Assembly (NCBI GenBank): GCA_963675515.1 | Contig: OY776328.1 | Coordinates: forward strand, 150,001 to 182,000 | Direction of reading: 5' to 3' | DNA length: 32,000 nt | DNA from: Coprobacillaceae bacterium | Lineage (GTDB): Bacteria > Bacillota_I > Bacilli_A > Erysipelotrichales > Coprobacillaceae | In this document: piece by piece, positions 1 to 9,034 of the stretch | Position numbering within the stretch: position 1 is the stretch's first letter | Layout: every line of letters begins with the position of its first letter | Position numbers and translations under genes: made by a program | The notes under the pieces: model-generated | What the model was told of the DNA's origin: nothing | The model's database searches: none | What the model saw: only the letters and a program-made list of their open reading frames with translations

Positions 1-1729
1 TCATATCGTTACCGACCTGAGCCAGGATGGTCCTGGTGACAAACTGGTTTTCATCACCAAATGCAATCAGTATGTTTTCTTTGTAAAGATAACTGTTTGA
101 CTTGATGTTGATTTTGGCCTTGACTGTAAGGTAATCATCCTGGAGCAGATCATAAGCCCCCTTGATGTCGGCTTGCATTTCTTTCAATGTTGCCGCAATT
201 TCAAAAGTGCGACTTGAAACCCGGTTATTGAAAAACGAGGTGTCAATAAGCAGCCCGGTATACATGATTGTCGCTTCCCGCTCAGTGACTGTTATCTCCT
301 CTTTGAAATAAAGCATGAGCTCGACCGAAAGCTCGACAGTCGAACTCGCAGCCGGTTCCAGGTATGTCAGTACCGGTGCGTTCACAAACTCTTCGGAGCG
401 GCGGTGATGGTCGATCACAACCCGATTCTTAACCGCCCGAAGCACATCCTTGGATATCGCCAAAGACGGCTTGTGATTGTCGACATTTATCAACAGTGTC
501 CCATTGCGATTGAGTTCCAATGCCGTACTTGGACTGATGAAGACATCGCTGTAATAGGGATCTTCAATCAGTTCGCGGTAAACGGGGAGGACCTTTTCCT
601 CAAGGGAAGTGGCATCGATGATGATGTGGACATTCTTGGAAAACGCCCGGCAAATCTTGTAAAATGCCAGCGAGCTTCCAAAAGAGTCGAAATCGGAAAT
701 TATATGGCCCATGATGTAAATGTTTGTGGCCTGTTTTACCAACCCTTTTAGCGCCTGGGCAATAACCCGGGCCTTGATCCTTGAAGACGATTCGCCAACG
801 GTAAGGTTCCCGCCAAAATACCGGACCTCTTCATCCTTGGTCTTGACCGCCACCTGGGCTCCGCCTCTTGATCGGGCCAGGTTGATGGCACCGATGGCCA
901 TTTCATCCAGTTCCCGAACAGCTGTTGCCTGGCGCCCGATCCCCATTGACAAAGACAGCACCGCATCATAGTCATCGGCCAGGGCATTGACATCGTCGAT
1001 GATTTTGAACTTGTCGGCGATCATCTTGTTGTAGATACGTTCATTGAAAAAGCCGAAATAGGTGTCGTCTTTGTATTTTTTCAGTGCGATATCATTGGCA
1101 TCGGCCCAGTCGACTATCATCTCCCGAAGCCTCGATTGGAGCATGGTCGCATTCCTCTCGTCAAGAGAACTGAAAACCTCCTCATAGTTGTCGATCGACA
1201 GGTAGATAATGCATACCTGCTGGTCAAAGAAGTCATTCTCCAAAGTGAAAAAATCGGTTATATCCTTGAGATACATGATTCTCTTGCTGTGATCATTGTA
1301 CACTTCGAATTTGTGTCCACGGACATCGATGACTGTTGTCTCGTCCTGATTCTCGAACAGTTTTGTGAGTTTGGGCTGCCATTCGATGATTTTCTTGCCA
1401 TTGACGAATGCCCCGATACTCTTGAATATGTCGCTGCTCCATTCGATATTGCGGCTTTCATCATAATGGATGATTCCCAGCCCGCCATATAAAAAGAGGT
1501 TCTCCGCCTCTTCATTGACCGCATCATAGATATCAACCGTCTCCCGCAAAAGCAAATTGGCGGTCACGATCGCCAGAAGGCTTATCGCGATCGAGTATAT
1601 AGACACCATGACCAAAATAGTCATCGAAGTATATGACTGAACAATTATCTGCGAAATTACAGCTACGGTCAGGGTGATCAAAACCCCCATCATAATTATG
1701 TTACGAGCTAAAATTATTCTTTTTGCCAT
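1..1729 (-). CDS. gdpP: Cyclic-di-AMP phosphodiesterase GdpP (2 TM, PAS-like, degenerate GGDEF, DHH/DHHA1). N-terminal 576 codons only; the C-terminal end lies left of the window.
   Basis: Absent from the ORF track because no stop codon falls inside the window. Hand translation of the minus strand from ATG 1729-1727 stays open to position 1. It begins MAKRIILARNIIMMGVLITLTVAV (two N-terminal hydrophobic helices). Motifs seen: LSLSMGIGRQ (degenerate GGDEF region), IMGHIISDFDSFGSSLAF, NVDNHKPS, VIDHHRR, GLLIDTSFF (DHH-family motifs). The start lies 2 nt after the stop of the upstream membrane-protein gene, as in B. subtilis yybS-yybT(gdpP). Confidence 0.85.
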   Translation of the reverse strand, partial: MAKRIILARNIIMMGVLITLTVAVISQIIVQSYTSMTILVMVSIYSIAISLLAIVTANLLLRETVDIYDAVNEEAENLFLYGGLGIIHYDESRNIEWSSDIFKSIGAFVNGKKIIEWQPKLTKLFENQDETTVIDVRGHKFEVYNDHSKRIMYLKDITDFFTLENDFFDQQVCIIYLSIDNYEEVFSSLDERNATMLQSRLREMIVDWADANDIALKKYKDDTYFGFFNERIYNKMIADKFKIIDDVNALADDYDAVLSLSMGIGRQATAVRELDEMAIGAINLARSRGGAQVAVKTKDEEVRYFGGNLTVGESSSRIKARVIAQALKGLVKQATNIYIMGHIISDFDSFGSSLAFYKICRAFSKNVHIIIDATSLEEKVLPVYRELIEDPYYSDVFISPSTALELNRNGTLLINVDNHKPSLAISKDVLRAVKNRVVIDHHRRSEEFVNAPVLTYLEPAASSTVELSVELMLYFKEEITVTEREATIMYTGLLIDTSFFNNRVSSRTFEIAATLKEMQADIKGAYDLLQDDYLTVKAKINIKSNSYLYKENILIAFGDENQFVTRTILAQVGNDM

Positions 1730-1731
1730 AA

Positions 1732-2289
1732 TTATCTTCCTTTTTTGTAATGTGATTGAATCTTCATCAAGACAAACCTCGAGTAGTTGTTGATTATCAG
1801 GCTTTCCATAAATCCAATCAGGACCGGTGTCGCACCATAGACAAGCATCACATATTCCTGCCCTAGACCAAACATACTGGTCAACTCCTGGGCTTCCTGG
1901 ATACCGTTCATTAAAAACAATTCCCCCAATACGATGAAAACAAAAATGTTTTTTACGACTGCCAGGAAGGAAATCGTCATCCAGCAGCGATAATAGGGAA
2001 CCCCATTCTTAAGCAGTTTGGCCAAAACGGCTCCCAATGCCACCGTCAACAAGGAGTAACCCGCAAAAAACAGGTTCCCGATCATGATCAATACCATAAA
2101 CAGGGCAAGCGCACTCAACAAGCCTTGGGCCATTGAGAAACGATAGGCGTAAAGCATGAGCCCCAATGTCAAAACATAGACAAGGATGATATCGAAAAAA
2201 CCACCGGAAAAAAGATTGAATATCCCGAATACCGCTCCAATCCCCACGTACATTGAGCCATATGTGATTGCTAGAATTTGATTGCGCAA
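1732..2289 (-). CDS. Polytopic membrane protein, YybS/DUF2232-like by position (translationally coupled to gdpP)
   Basis: The track ORF is 1732..2298. Its GTG at 2298 overlaps the AAGGAG SD, so TTG 2289 (8 nt after the SD) is the likelier start. About 6 hydrophobic segments. Stop TAA lies 2 nt before the gdpP ATG. The family call rests on synteny with yybS-gdpP, not on a motif I can verify. Confidence 0.6.
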   Translation of the reverse strand: MRNQILAITYGSMYVGIGAVFGIFNLFSGGFFDIILVYVLTLGLMLYAYRFSMAQGLLSALALFMVLIMIGNLFFAGYSLLTVALGAVLAKLLKNGVPYYRCWMTISFLAVVKNIFVFIVLGELFLMNGIQEAQELTSMFGLGQEYVMLVYGATPVLIGFMESLIINNYSRFVLMKIQSHYKKGR

Positions 2290-2340
2290 TTTACCCACTC
2301 CTTATCCATTATATCTAAAATATCGCCTAAAAACAATTGT

Positions 2341-2368
2341 AAAGAAAAGCCTAGGGATAAGCTAGGCT
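2341..2368 (-). terminator. Intrinsic terminator of the GH36-like gene
   Basis: Minus-strand RNA reads AGCCTAG-CTTATCC-CTAGGCT followed by TTTCTTT. The stem is 7 bp and starts 9 nt after the stop at 2377. Confidence 0.7.
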
Positions 2369-2376
2369 AAAACCAG

Positions 2377-3984
2377 TTATTTCGCTACTCCGGTATTCAA
2401 ATCGATATCGACAATGTGGCAATTGGAATCACCTGCATATTTTATGATGGAATGCGATTTGTGGGTGATCACCCGGACTTGCTTGTATGTTTTTTTGAAT
2501 CCTTCGTGAAGATCAATTACCGTCCCGGATGGGATCTTTGACAAATCCTCACTCACAAAGAGAACGGAATTGAAAACATCGTTTGCGATGGTCAGAGCTT
2601 CCCTTTGGGATAAGGAAAGCTGGGTCTTGTCGTTTAGCACCACAACATCACCAAAGGTGGCCAAGGAACTTTTTGCCAGGTGGCGCCGATAAATAGTGCT
2701 GGTAAGGGCATTTTTGGTCGATATCCTTTCGCGTTGCAAAAATCCGGAAATCCCTTTTCCATCATAATCCTTACCGATATTGCAGCCCACTTGGATGACA
2801 TCCGCATGCTTGAAGGCTGAAAATGGCGGTATCTGACATGCGATGATCACCTTGTCTTTGAGACAATCGCGGATGAACTCCATAGCCATATCAATGTTCA
2901 TCGCCCTTGTTTTTGTGGCCGCACTCAAGCCAGGCGCGTAAAGGAAATCCAATTTGAATATGTCAAAACCAAGGTTCAGGTAATGTTCAAAAACCCGGCC
3001 AAGATATTCCCTGACTTCATCAAGCTCTAGATTCAAGGGATAATGTCCGCCCCATTCCATACCGGATTTCACATCATTGATGAACCAATCAGGATGGCTC
3101 AAGTACAACTCACTGTCACCGCTTGCGACAAATGGAGCAAGGTAAATCCCGGCTTTGAGATCCTGTCCATGAATTTCACTGACCAGCGGTCCCAATCCAT
3201 CCGGGAATTTTTCCGGATCTGTTTTCAGCCAGTCACCGACTTTGCTTTGATGACCCTCATCGATGACAAAGGCATCGAAAGGCAAGGAATTGTCCTTTAT
3301 TGCCTGAAGATTGGTTGAAATGATCCGGCTGGTGATATTGGAGCTATAATAGTAGCCGGTACTGTATCCAAAAAGCGAATCGATTCTTGCGTGATCCGAC
3401 TTGATCAAATTGAAATAGTCATCAATTACGATTTCCTCTCCTGACAATATGACTGTGTCCAACAAGACCGTCCTTGTGTCAATCTCAAGTCCCTCAAGAT
3501 CCTTGAAGATGGTTATCTGGTTGATCTTGGTGTTGTGTTCGAAAATCGTGTATCCGATTGATTCATCAAGAGAACCAAGCAAGGTGAAATTCGAGGCATT
3601 CCGAATATAGGTGTAGCTGTGTGAGTGGATCACTCCGGATCTGTTTTTATAATGGTAGAAACCATAGTCTCCATAGCTATCCAGGGCGTTCTTATCGATA
3701 ACGGATTTGGGAATGAAATTTAGGCCTTTTATTTTTCCATTGATCGGATATTCCTTAGATGGGGTCCAGGACTGGTAGCCGTTGGAGTAGATGAACTCGC
3801 TTTTTTTGTAATCATGATGGTAGAATGCCTTTGCTGATTCAATTTTCAAAGGTCTCTTGGGGGTGACTGTCATTTGGTAATGATTATCCTTTTTTATCAC
3901 TGTCACTTCCAGATTGTCATCTTGATAGGCTTCGTTCAATTTGATCATCTTTTTATTGCCACCAATAAAATACGTTATTTCCAT
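2377..3984 (-). CDS. Glycoside hydrolase, short GH36 (alpha-galactosidase-like, clan GH-D) family
   Basis: 535-aa ORF with AAGGAG 6 nt upstream of ATG 3984. Barrel-type motifs: PFDAFVIDEGHQSKVGDW, FPDGLGPL, KAGIYLAPFV, HPDWF and FDIFKLDFLYA (K-x-D nucleophile-type motif). From memory these resemble the roughly 550-aa Thermotoga GalA-type GH36 enzymes. No search was run. Confidence 0.65.
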   Translation of the reverse strand: MEITYFIGGNKKMIKLNEAYQDDNLEVTVIKKDNHYQMTVTPKRPLKIESAKAFYHHDYKKSEFIYSNGYQSWTPSKEYPINGKIKGLNFIPKSVIDKNALDSYGDYGFYHYKNRSGVIHSHSYTYIRNASNFTLLGSLDESIGYTIFEHNTKINQITIFKDLEGLEIDTRTVLLDTVILSGEEIVIDDYFNLIKSDHARIDSLFGYSTGYYYSSNITSRIISTNLQAIKDNSLPFDAFVIDEGHQSKVGDWLKTDPEKFPDGLGPLVSEIHGQDLKAGIYLAPFVASGDSELYLSHPDWFINDVKSGMEWGGHYPLNLELDEVREYLGRVFEHYLNLGFDIFKLDFLYAPGLSAATKTRAMNIDMAMEFIRDCLKDKVIIACQIPPFSAFKHADVIQVGCNIGKDYDGKGISGFLQRERISTKNALTSTIYRRHLAKSSLATFGDVVVLNDKTQLSLSQREALTIANDVFNSVLFVSEDLSKIPSGTVIDLHEGFKKTYKQVRVITHKSHSIIKYAGDSNCHIVDIDLNTGVAK

Positions 3985-4273
3985 AAATAGCTCCTTATGT
4001 TAAGATTGGGGAATTTGCTCTTATCAAAGTAAAAACATATAGGATAATAATAAACCAATGTCTCCCAAATTGCCAACGATTATTGCCTTACCGGCTTATC
4101 CGGCAACTATTATCCAAGGTCCAAGGCTACAGCACCCCACTATAAGTTACACATCCCAAAAAACGTCAATATTATGTTACAAGTATTAAAAATATGGTAA
4201 GAATTTATCTGATTGCCCTTGTTTTTATTCCAGGAATGTAATATTATTATTTTTTTGTTTGGGAGGGTTTTAC

Positions 4274-5917
4274 ATGATTATAAATTACATTAATGATTTG
4301 AAGTCAGAATTCAAAAACTACAGTTATAAATTGTTCACAAAGGACCTGTTTGCCGGAATCACGGTTGGAGCAGTGGCACTGCCATTGGCCTTGGCCTTTG
4401 GTACAAGTTCGGGGGCCAGCGCATCAGCAGGTCTTATTACGGGAATCATAGCCGGTGTGATTATCGGGGCCCTGTCGGGTGCCAGTTTCCAGATATCAGG
4501 GCCGACCGGGGCCATGGCCGCCATCCTGATCAATGTTTCCCTGCAATACGGGATGGAAGGGATATTCATCAGCGCTTTGATTTCCGGCATCATCCTGACT
4601 GTGTTCGGGATTTTGAGACTTGGACGGGTTATCAGTTTCATACCAAATTCGGTAATCAGCGGATTCACATCGGGGATCGCCGTGGTCATCGCCGCGGGAC
4701 AGATAAACAACCTTTTGGGCACCTCTTCTTCCGGGCATAACCTGATTGGCCACATTGTCTATTTTTTCAATAACGGCTTCACGCCAGATTACCTGACCGC
4801 CCTTATATCATTGGCGACAATCGCCTTGCTTATTGTTTATCCCAAAAAATTGAATGCATTCTTGCCTGGAAGCCTGGCGGTGATCATCATTTTCATGCTT
4901 TTGAACATCATATTCAGATTTGATGTGGCAACCGTGGGGATGATTCCAAAGTCATTGATGCTCGATTCCAGGCTGCATTTTAGCCAGATCAATCCACAAA
5001 TTGTCAAAAGCCTTATTATGCCAGGAATTTCAATTGCCCTGCTTGGCATGATCGAATCGCTCCTTTGCGGGGCTACTGCAAGCAAGATGAAGGACGAACA
5101 TTTTGATGGCACCCGGGAGCTGATCGGACAGGGAATCGGAAATATCATTATTCCTTTCTTTGGCGGAATTCCTGCCACCGCGGCCATCGCCAGAACCAGT
5201 GTGGCAATAAAATCCGGAAGTGTCACGAGACTTACATCCATAGTCCATTCCATCTTCCTTGTTTTGGCGATGTTTCTATTTGGTGATCTTATCGCCATGA
5301 TTCCCATGGCTTCGCTGGGAGCGGTATTGATAGTAACCTCGTGGAAAATGAATGATTGGGACTTCATCATACCTACAGTGAAAAACCGAATTGCAACTCC
5401 TTTGGTCAAATTTGCCGTCACCATGGCGGCGACCATCATCTTCGACTTGACCATCGCCATTGCACTGGGGATGTTTGTGGCGATCATAATGTTCGCCTTG
5501 AACAACAGCCAGTTGAACATCGACATCAAAGAAGTCGACACCTCTAAAATTGGAGGGCTTTGCCACCACCATAAAGACACCAAGGTGATGTACCTGGCTG
5601 GAACAATTTTCTTTGGCACCCAAGGCCAGATATCCCAGGCGGTAGAAGGAATCGAGGCCGGCACCACAGCTTTGATACTTTCCATGCGCGGGGTAAGCTC
5701 CATCGATGATACTGGAATAAGCGAGCTTAGAGACATCTATCACAGACTCAATGATCGGGATTTCAAAGTGTATTTCTGTGGCATCAGTCCCAGAGTCAAA
5801 AAATCCTTGGTTGAGCACCACTTCTTGGATGAGATTCCCGAATATCAGGTTTGTTGGGACGCAATTGAAGCCATCACGCACTATGACCAGAGTCTCCAGG
5901 AGATTCAAACCAGCTAA
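4274..5917 (+). CDS. SulP-family anion transporter with C-terminal STAS domain
   Basis: GGGAGG lies 7 nt upstream of ATG 4274; the track start 4259 is a TTG inside the SD region. Many Gly/Ala-rich hydrophobic segments (GITVGAVALPLALAFG, FQISGPTGAMAAI, PATAAIARTSVAIKSG). A soluble STAS-like tail follows (KVMYLAGTIFFGTQGQ, LILSMRGVSSIDDTGISELRDIYHRL, KVYFCGISPRVKKSL). Confidence 0.85.
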   Translation: MIINYINDLKSEFKNYSYKLFTKDLFAGITVGAVALPLALAFGTSSGASASAGLITGIIAGVIIGALSGASFQISGPTGAMAAILINVSLQYGMEGIFISALISGIILTVFGILRLGRVISFIPNSVISGFTSGIAVVIAAGQINNLLGTSSSGHNLIGHIVYFFNNGFTPDYLTALISLATIALLIVYPKKLNAFLPGSLAVIIIFMLLNIIFRFDVATVGMIPKSLMLDSRLHFSQINPQIVKSLIMPGISIALLGMIESLLCGATASKMKDEHFDGTRELIGQGIGNIIIPFFGGIPATAAIARTSVAIKSGSVTRLTSIVHSIFLVLAMFLFGDLIAMIPMASLGAVLIVTSWKMNDWDFIIPTVKNRIATPLVKFAVTMAATIIFDLTIAIALGMFVAIIMFALNNSQLNIDIKEVDTSKIGGLCHHHKDTKVMYLAGTIFFGTQGQISQAVEGIEAGTTALILSMRGVSSIDDTGISELRDIYHRLNDRDFKVYFCGISPRVKKSLVEHHFLDEIPEYQVCWDAIEAITHYDQSLQEIQTS

Positions 5918-5935
5918 ATTTAAAGCTAAATGTCA

Positions 5936-5969
5936 AAATGAGAAGTCCACTGATGGGATTTCTCATTTT
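5936..5969. terminator. Bidirectional intrinsic terminator between convergent SulP and pdxR genes
   Basis: AAAATGAGAAG-TCCA-CTGA-TGGA-TTTCTCATTTT, a long hairpin flanked by an A-run and a T-run. The right arm overlaps the pdxR stop codon (5963-5965). Confidence 0.7.
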
Positions 5970-7375
5970 TCACTATCCAAGACCTTTTCGATTATTTCGA
6001 TTGCCCGTCCCATCTTATGAGGTGTTATCGACGAATAGTTTATTACAAAGATGTGCGAAATGTCCTTCGGGATGGCTGAAATGTCATCGTAATATTGGGA
6101 CAGGCAGGAAATCCTCAATCCCTTTTTCCGGACTCTTTCAATGATGACATTGTCTGCAAGATCCGTATTGATTTTCATCAGGAAATGCAGTCCCGCATCT
6201 TCTTCCATTATCGATACGCGTCTGGCCAGACTGCTATTTTCTATCTGTTCAATCAATTCATTGCGGAGGTTGCGGTAATATGTCCGCATCCGGTTGATAT
6301 GCATTTCAAAGTGCCCGCTGTCGATGAATCTTGCCAAAGTGTACTGCTCGAACGTTGACACGGTGCACGAATAAAAGCCGAGCTTCTGTTCAAATCTGGC
6401 AAGTAGGGTCATCGGCAAAATCATATAGCTGATCCTTATTGTCGATGCCAGGCTCTTGGAAAAGGTGTTCATATATATTACTTTATCCGACTGGTCGATT
6501 CCCAAAAGCGGGGGGATTGGGGTTCCCAAAAGACGGAATTCACTGTCGAAGTCATCTTCGATAATATAGCGGTTGTCCTTTTTGGCAGCCCACCCCAACA
6601 ATTCGTACCGCCGACTCACCGGGGTGATTATTCCCGTCGGGAAATGGTGGCCTGGTGAAATATGGACTACATTGGCTTTGACTTTCTCTATCTCGTCAAT
6701 GACTATCCCCTGCGAGTCCAACCCGACATAACGGCAGTCAACCCGGTTGCTTTTGTATACTTGGCCGATTTTTCGATATCCGGGGTTCTCAAGGGCATAA
6801 ACCAATTCATGGCCCAACAGCTGGATCAAAATCCCATACAGATATTCCGTCCCGGCGCCTATTATTATCTGTTCGGGCTTGACGTTTATACCACGAAAAT
6901 CATGCAGATGCCTGGCTATGGCCTCGCGCAATACCCACACCCCGCCCGAAGGCGAGTTGGTCATCAATTCCTGTTTGCATTCGGATATCACTTCACGCAA
7001 AAGTTTAGTCCAGGTATTGAACGGGTAGTTATCAGGCGCGACCTGGTTGCTTGTAAAATCAATTTCACATTTTTCGCTGCCGACAATTTCATGCTTGCTC
7101 GGTAGTGACTTTGGTCTTTCTACCAAACCGGATTTTATATCCGCCACATAGTAACCGCTTTTTGCTTTGGAATAAATATACCCCTCAACCATCAGCTGGT
7201 TATAAGCATTCTCAATGGTAATAGTACTGACATTAAGATGCCTGGCAAATGCCCTTTTCGAAGGGAGTTTGGTCCCCACAGCCAGCGTTTGGCTGGTGAT
7301 GTCATTGCGGATCTGCTTATAAAGGTACTGATATAGTTTATCTGAACCTATGTCTGTGAATGAATATGTCAACAT
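5963..7375 (-). CDS. pdxR: MocR/GntR-family PLP-dependent transcriptional regulator (PdxR-type)
   Basis: N-terminal GntR winged HTH (KLPSKRAFARHLNVSTITIENAYNQLMVEGYIYSKAKSGYYV) fused to an aminotransferase-like domain with the PLP-lysine motif NTFSKSL. Divergent from pdxS-pdxT. GAGGGTG SD lies 7 nt before ATG 7375; the track start 7405 is an upstream GTG. Confidence 0.85.
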   Translation of the reverse strand: MLTYSFTDIGSDKLYQYLYKQIRNDITSQTLAVGTKLPSKRAFARHLNVSTITIENAYNQLMVEGYIYSKAKSGYYVADIKSGLVERPKSLPSKHEIVGSEKCEIDFTSNQVAPDNYPFNTWTKLLREVISECKQELMTNSPSGGVWVLREAIARHLHDFRGINVKPEQIIIGAGTEYLYGILIQLLGHELVYALENPGYRKIGQVYKSNRVDCRYVGLDSQGIVIDEIEKVKANVVHISPGHHFPTGIITPVSRRYELLGWAAKKDNRYIIEDDFDSEFRLLGTPIPPLLGIDQSDKVIYMNTFSKSLASTIRISYMILPMTLLARFEQKLGFYSCTVSTFEQYTLARFIDSGHFEMHINRMRTYYRNLRNELIEQIENSSLARRVSIMEEDAGLHFLMKINTDLADNVIIERVRKKGLRISCLSQYYDDISAIPKDISHIFVINYSSITPHKMGRAIEIIEKVLDSEK

Positions 7376-7394
7376 TTGTCTCACCCTCTCGATT

Positions 7395-7453
7395 CTGACC
7401 ATCACAATTAATTGAAAACTGGCTATTTAAATATGGTCAGTTTCCATTATAAT
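7395..7453. promoter_or_regulatory. pdxR/pdxS divergent control region: 8-bp inverted repeat (candidate PdxR operator) plus pdxS -10 box
   Basis: CTGACCAT (7395-7402) and ATGGTCAG (7433-7440) are perfect inverted repeats 30 bp apart. TATAAT at 7448-7453 lies 50 nt upstream of the pdxS start. The right arm sits in the spacer/-35 zone of that promoter. Confidence 0.45.
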
Positions 7454-7503
7454 TTAAGAAAATGAAAAACGCAATGAAAATATCATTGCCATGGAGGATG
7501 AAG

Positions 7504-8379
7504 ATGAACAACAATCGCAATGAACTAAACAGACAACTTGCCCAAATGCTTAAAGGTGGAGTAATCATGGACGTGACCACACCGGAGCAGGCAAGAATCG
7601 CCCAGGCCGCAGGTGCATGTGCCGTAATGGCCCTTGAGCGGATTCCTGCCGATATCCGCAGTGCCGGTGGAGTATCGAGAATGAGCGACCCTGCAATGAT
7701 CAAAAGCATCCAGGATGCAGTTACAATACCGGTCATGGCAAAATGCCGGATCGGCCACTTTATGGAGGCCAAAGTATTGGAAGCAATCGATATCGACTAC
7801 ATCGATGAAAGCGAAGTGTTGTCACCAGCCGACGACAAATATCATATCGACAAAAATGAATTCACGACTCCTTTCGTCTGCGGTGCCAGAGACCTAGGTG
7901 AAGCCTTGCGCCGGATAGCGGAAGGGGCAACCATGATCCGCACAAAAGGGGAACCGGGAACCGGAGATGTTGTACAGGCTGTAAGACACATGCGCCACAT
8001 CAACGGACAGATCAAAAAAATCCAAAACATGCGTTCAGACGAACTGTTTGAAGCAGCCAAGGAACTTCAGGTACCATTGGATTTGATCCAATTCGTGCAT
8101 GCAAATGGAAAGCTGCCAGTTGTCAATTTCGCAGCTGGAGGAATAGCAACCCCAGCCGATGCAGCACTGATGATGCATCTGGGAGCCGAAGGTGTCTTTG
8201 TCGGGTCAGGAATATTCAAATCAGGTGATCCCCAAAAAAGAGCGGAAGCGATCGTAAAGGCAGTCACCAACTATCAGGATGCCAAGCTTGTGGCCGAATT
8301 GTCGACCGATTTGGGTGAAGCCATGGTCGGAATCAACGAAAGTGAAATCAAGATCATCATGGAGCAGCGGGGAATCTAA
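7504..8379 (+). CDS. pdxS: Pyridoxal 5'-phosphate synthase, lyase subunit PdxS
   Basis: [58 protein letters not shown] and [10 protein letters not shown] are near-invariant PdxS/SNZ sequence. GGAGG lies 6 nt upstream of ATG 7504; the track start 7462 is too far upstream. Confidence 0.95.
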   Translation: MNNNRNELNRQLAQMLKGGVIMDVTTPEQARIAQAAGACAVMALERIPADIRSAGGVSRMSDPAMIKSIQDAVTIPVMAKCRIGHFMEAKVLEAIDIDYIDESEVLSPADDKYHIDKNEFTTPFVCGARDLGEALRRIAEGATMIRTKGEPGTGDVVQAVRHMRHINGQIKKIQNMRSDELFEAAKELQVPLDLIQFVHANGKLPVVNFAAGGIATPADAALMMHLGAEGVFVGSGIFKSGDPQKRAEAIVKAVTNYQDAKLVAELSTDLGEAMVGINESEIKIIMEQRGI

Positions 8380-8960
8380 TGGAAATCGGTGTATTGGCGC
8401 TCCAAGGTGCTTTTTTGGAACATGAACTTATGTTGAAGAAATTGGGCGCTAAAGTAAGGGAAATCCGCCAGAAAAATGACCTGGAACACCCTCTTGATGG
8501 CATTGTAATCCCAGGCGGTGAGAGCACGGTAATGAACAAGCTTCTCATCGATCTGGATCTTGCGGACCTGCTTAAGGCAAAGATAGACCAGGGTATGCCG
8601 GTGTTTGGAACCTGTGCCGGATTGATCCTGCTGGCCAAGGAAGTCGATGGCAAGCCGGGCCCCCTTGCCACCATGGACATTTCCGCAAAGCGCAACGCCT
8701 ACGGCCGGCAATCCGGAAGTTTCCGTACCTTTGGTGATTTTGCGACAATCCAATCAATTCCCATGACCTTTGTCCGGGCCCCATATATAGACAAGGCCTC
8801 ACCTGCAGTTTCCATACTGGCAACTGTCGATGGAAATATTGTTGCCGCGCGCCAGAACAATCAGCTGGTGACAGCTTTCCATCCCGAACTGGATGATGAC
8901 ACTTCCATCCACGAATATTTCATCGATATTGTCAAAAATAATATCGAAAACCAGAAATAG
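8379..8960 (+). CDS. pdxT: Pyridoxal 5'-phosphate synthase, glutaminase subunit PdxT
   Basis: The ATG overlaps the pdxS stop (TAATG). Motifs GGESTV, FGTCAGLILLA (catalytic Cys) and AFHPEL (His/Glu) mark a class-I amidotransferase of the PdxT/SNO type. Confidence 0.95.
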   Translation: MEIGVLALQGAFLEHELMLKKLGAKVREIRQKNDLEHPLDGIVIPGGESTVMNKLLIDLDLADLLKAKIDQGMPVFGTCAGLILLAKEVDGKPGPLATMDISAKRNAYGRQSGSFRTFGDFATIQSIPMTFVRAPYIDKASPAVSILATVDGNIVAARQNNQLVTAFHPELDDDTSIHEYFIDIVKNNIENQK

Positions 8961-8989
8961 AAGCCGCCAATCGGAGCTTCTATTTTTTT
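8959..8989 (+). terminator. Intrinsic terminator of pdxS-pdxT
   Basis: AGAAGC..GCTTCT stem (with inner CCG/CGG pairs) overlaps the TAG stop and is followed by TTTTTTT (8983-8989). Confidence 0.7.
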
Positions 8990-8996
8990 CGACCAA

Positions 8997-9023
8997 ATAA
9001 AAAAACCTTGAAAAATCAAGGTT
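8997..9023 (-). terminator. Intrinsic terminator of rpsF-ssb-rpsR
   Basis: Minus-strand RNA reads AACCTTGA-TTTT-TCAAGGTT followed by TTTTTTTAT, beginning 12 nt after the rpsR stop. Confidence 0.8.
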
Positions 9024-9034
9024 CTTATTAGAAA

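Noticed and set aside
404-1536. Five short ORFs in the track (404..751, 720..971, 748..993, 1136..1492, 1258..1536), which might suggest a non-coding or degraded left end.
   Set aside because: All overlap the uninterrupted minus-strand gdpP reading frame (1-1729), which carries full DHH/GGDEF-like motifs. The track lacks gdpP only because it has no in-window stop.
4058-4150. Resemblance of GGTCCAAGG to the GGTCCGAGAG block of guanidine-I (ykkC) riboswitches upstream of the transporter. Also a 48-codon ORF starting at 4058.
   Set aside because: The other invariant ykkC blocks (CTAGGGTTCCG, GGGA.AAAAGCCCGGGAG) are absent. The small ORF has no SD, and its composition is unremarkable.
4324-5908. 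Very long antisense ORFs inside the SulP gene (4837..5736, 299 aa; 5276..5908, 210 aa; 4324..4755, 143 aa). These are surprising for a genome of about 40 percent GC and could suggest overlapping genes.
   Set aside because: They have no SD or promoter. Their products are low-complexity mirror images of a Gly/Ala/Ile-rich membrane protein. The sense gene simply avoids TTA/CTA/TCA codons in frame, which keeps the opposite frame open. The sense strand carries clear SulP/STAS motifs.
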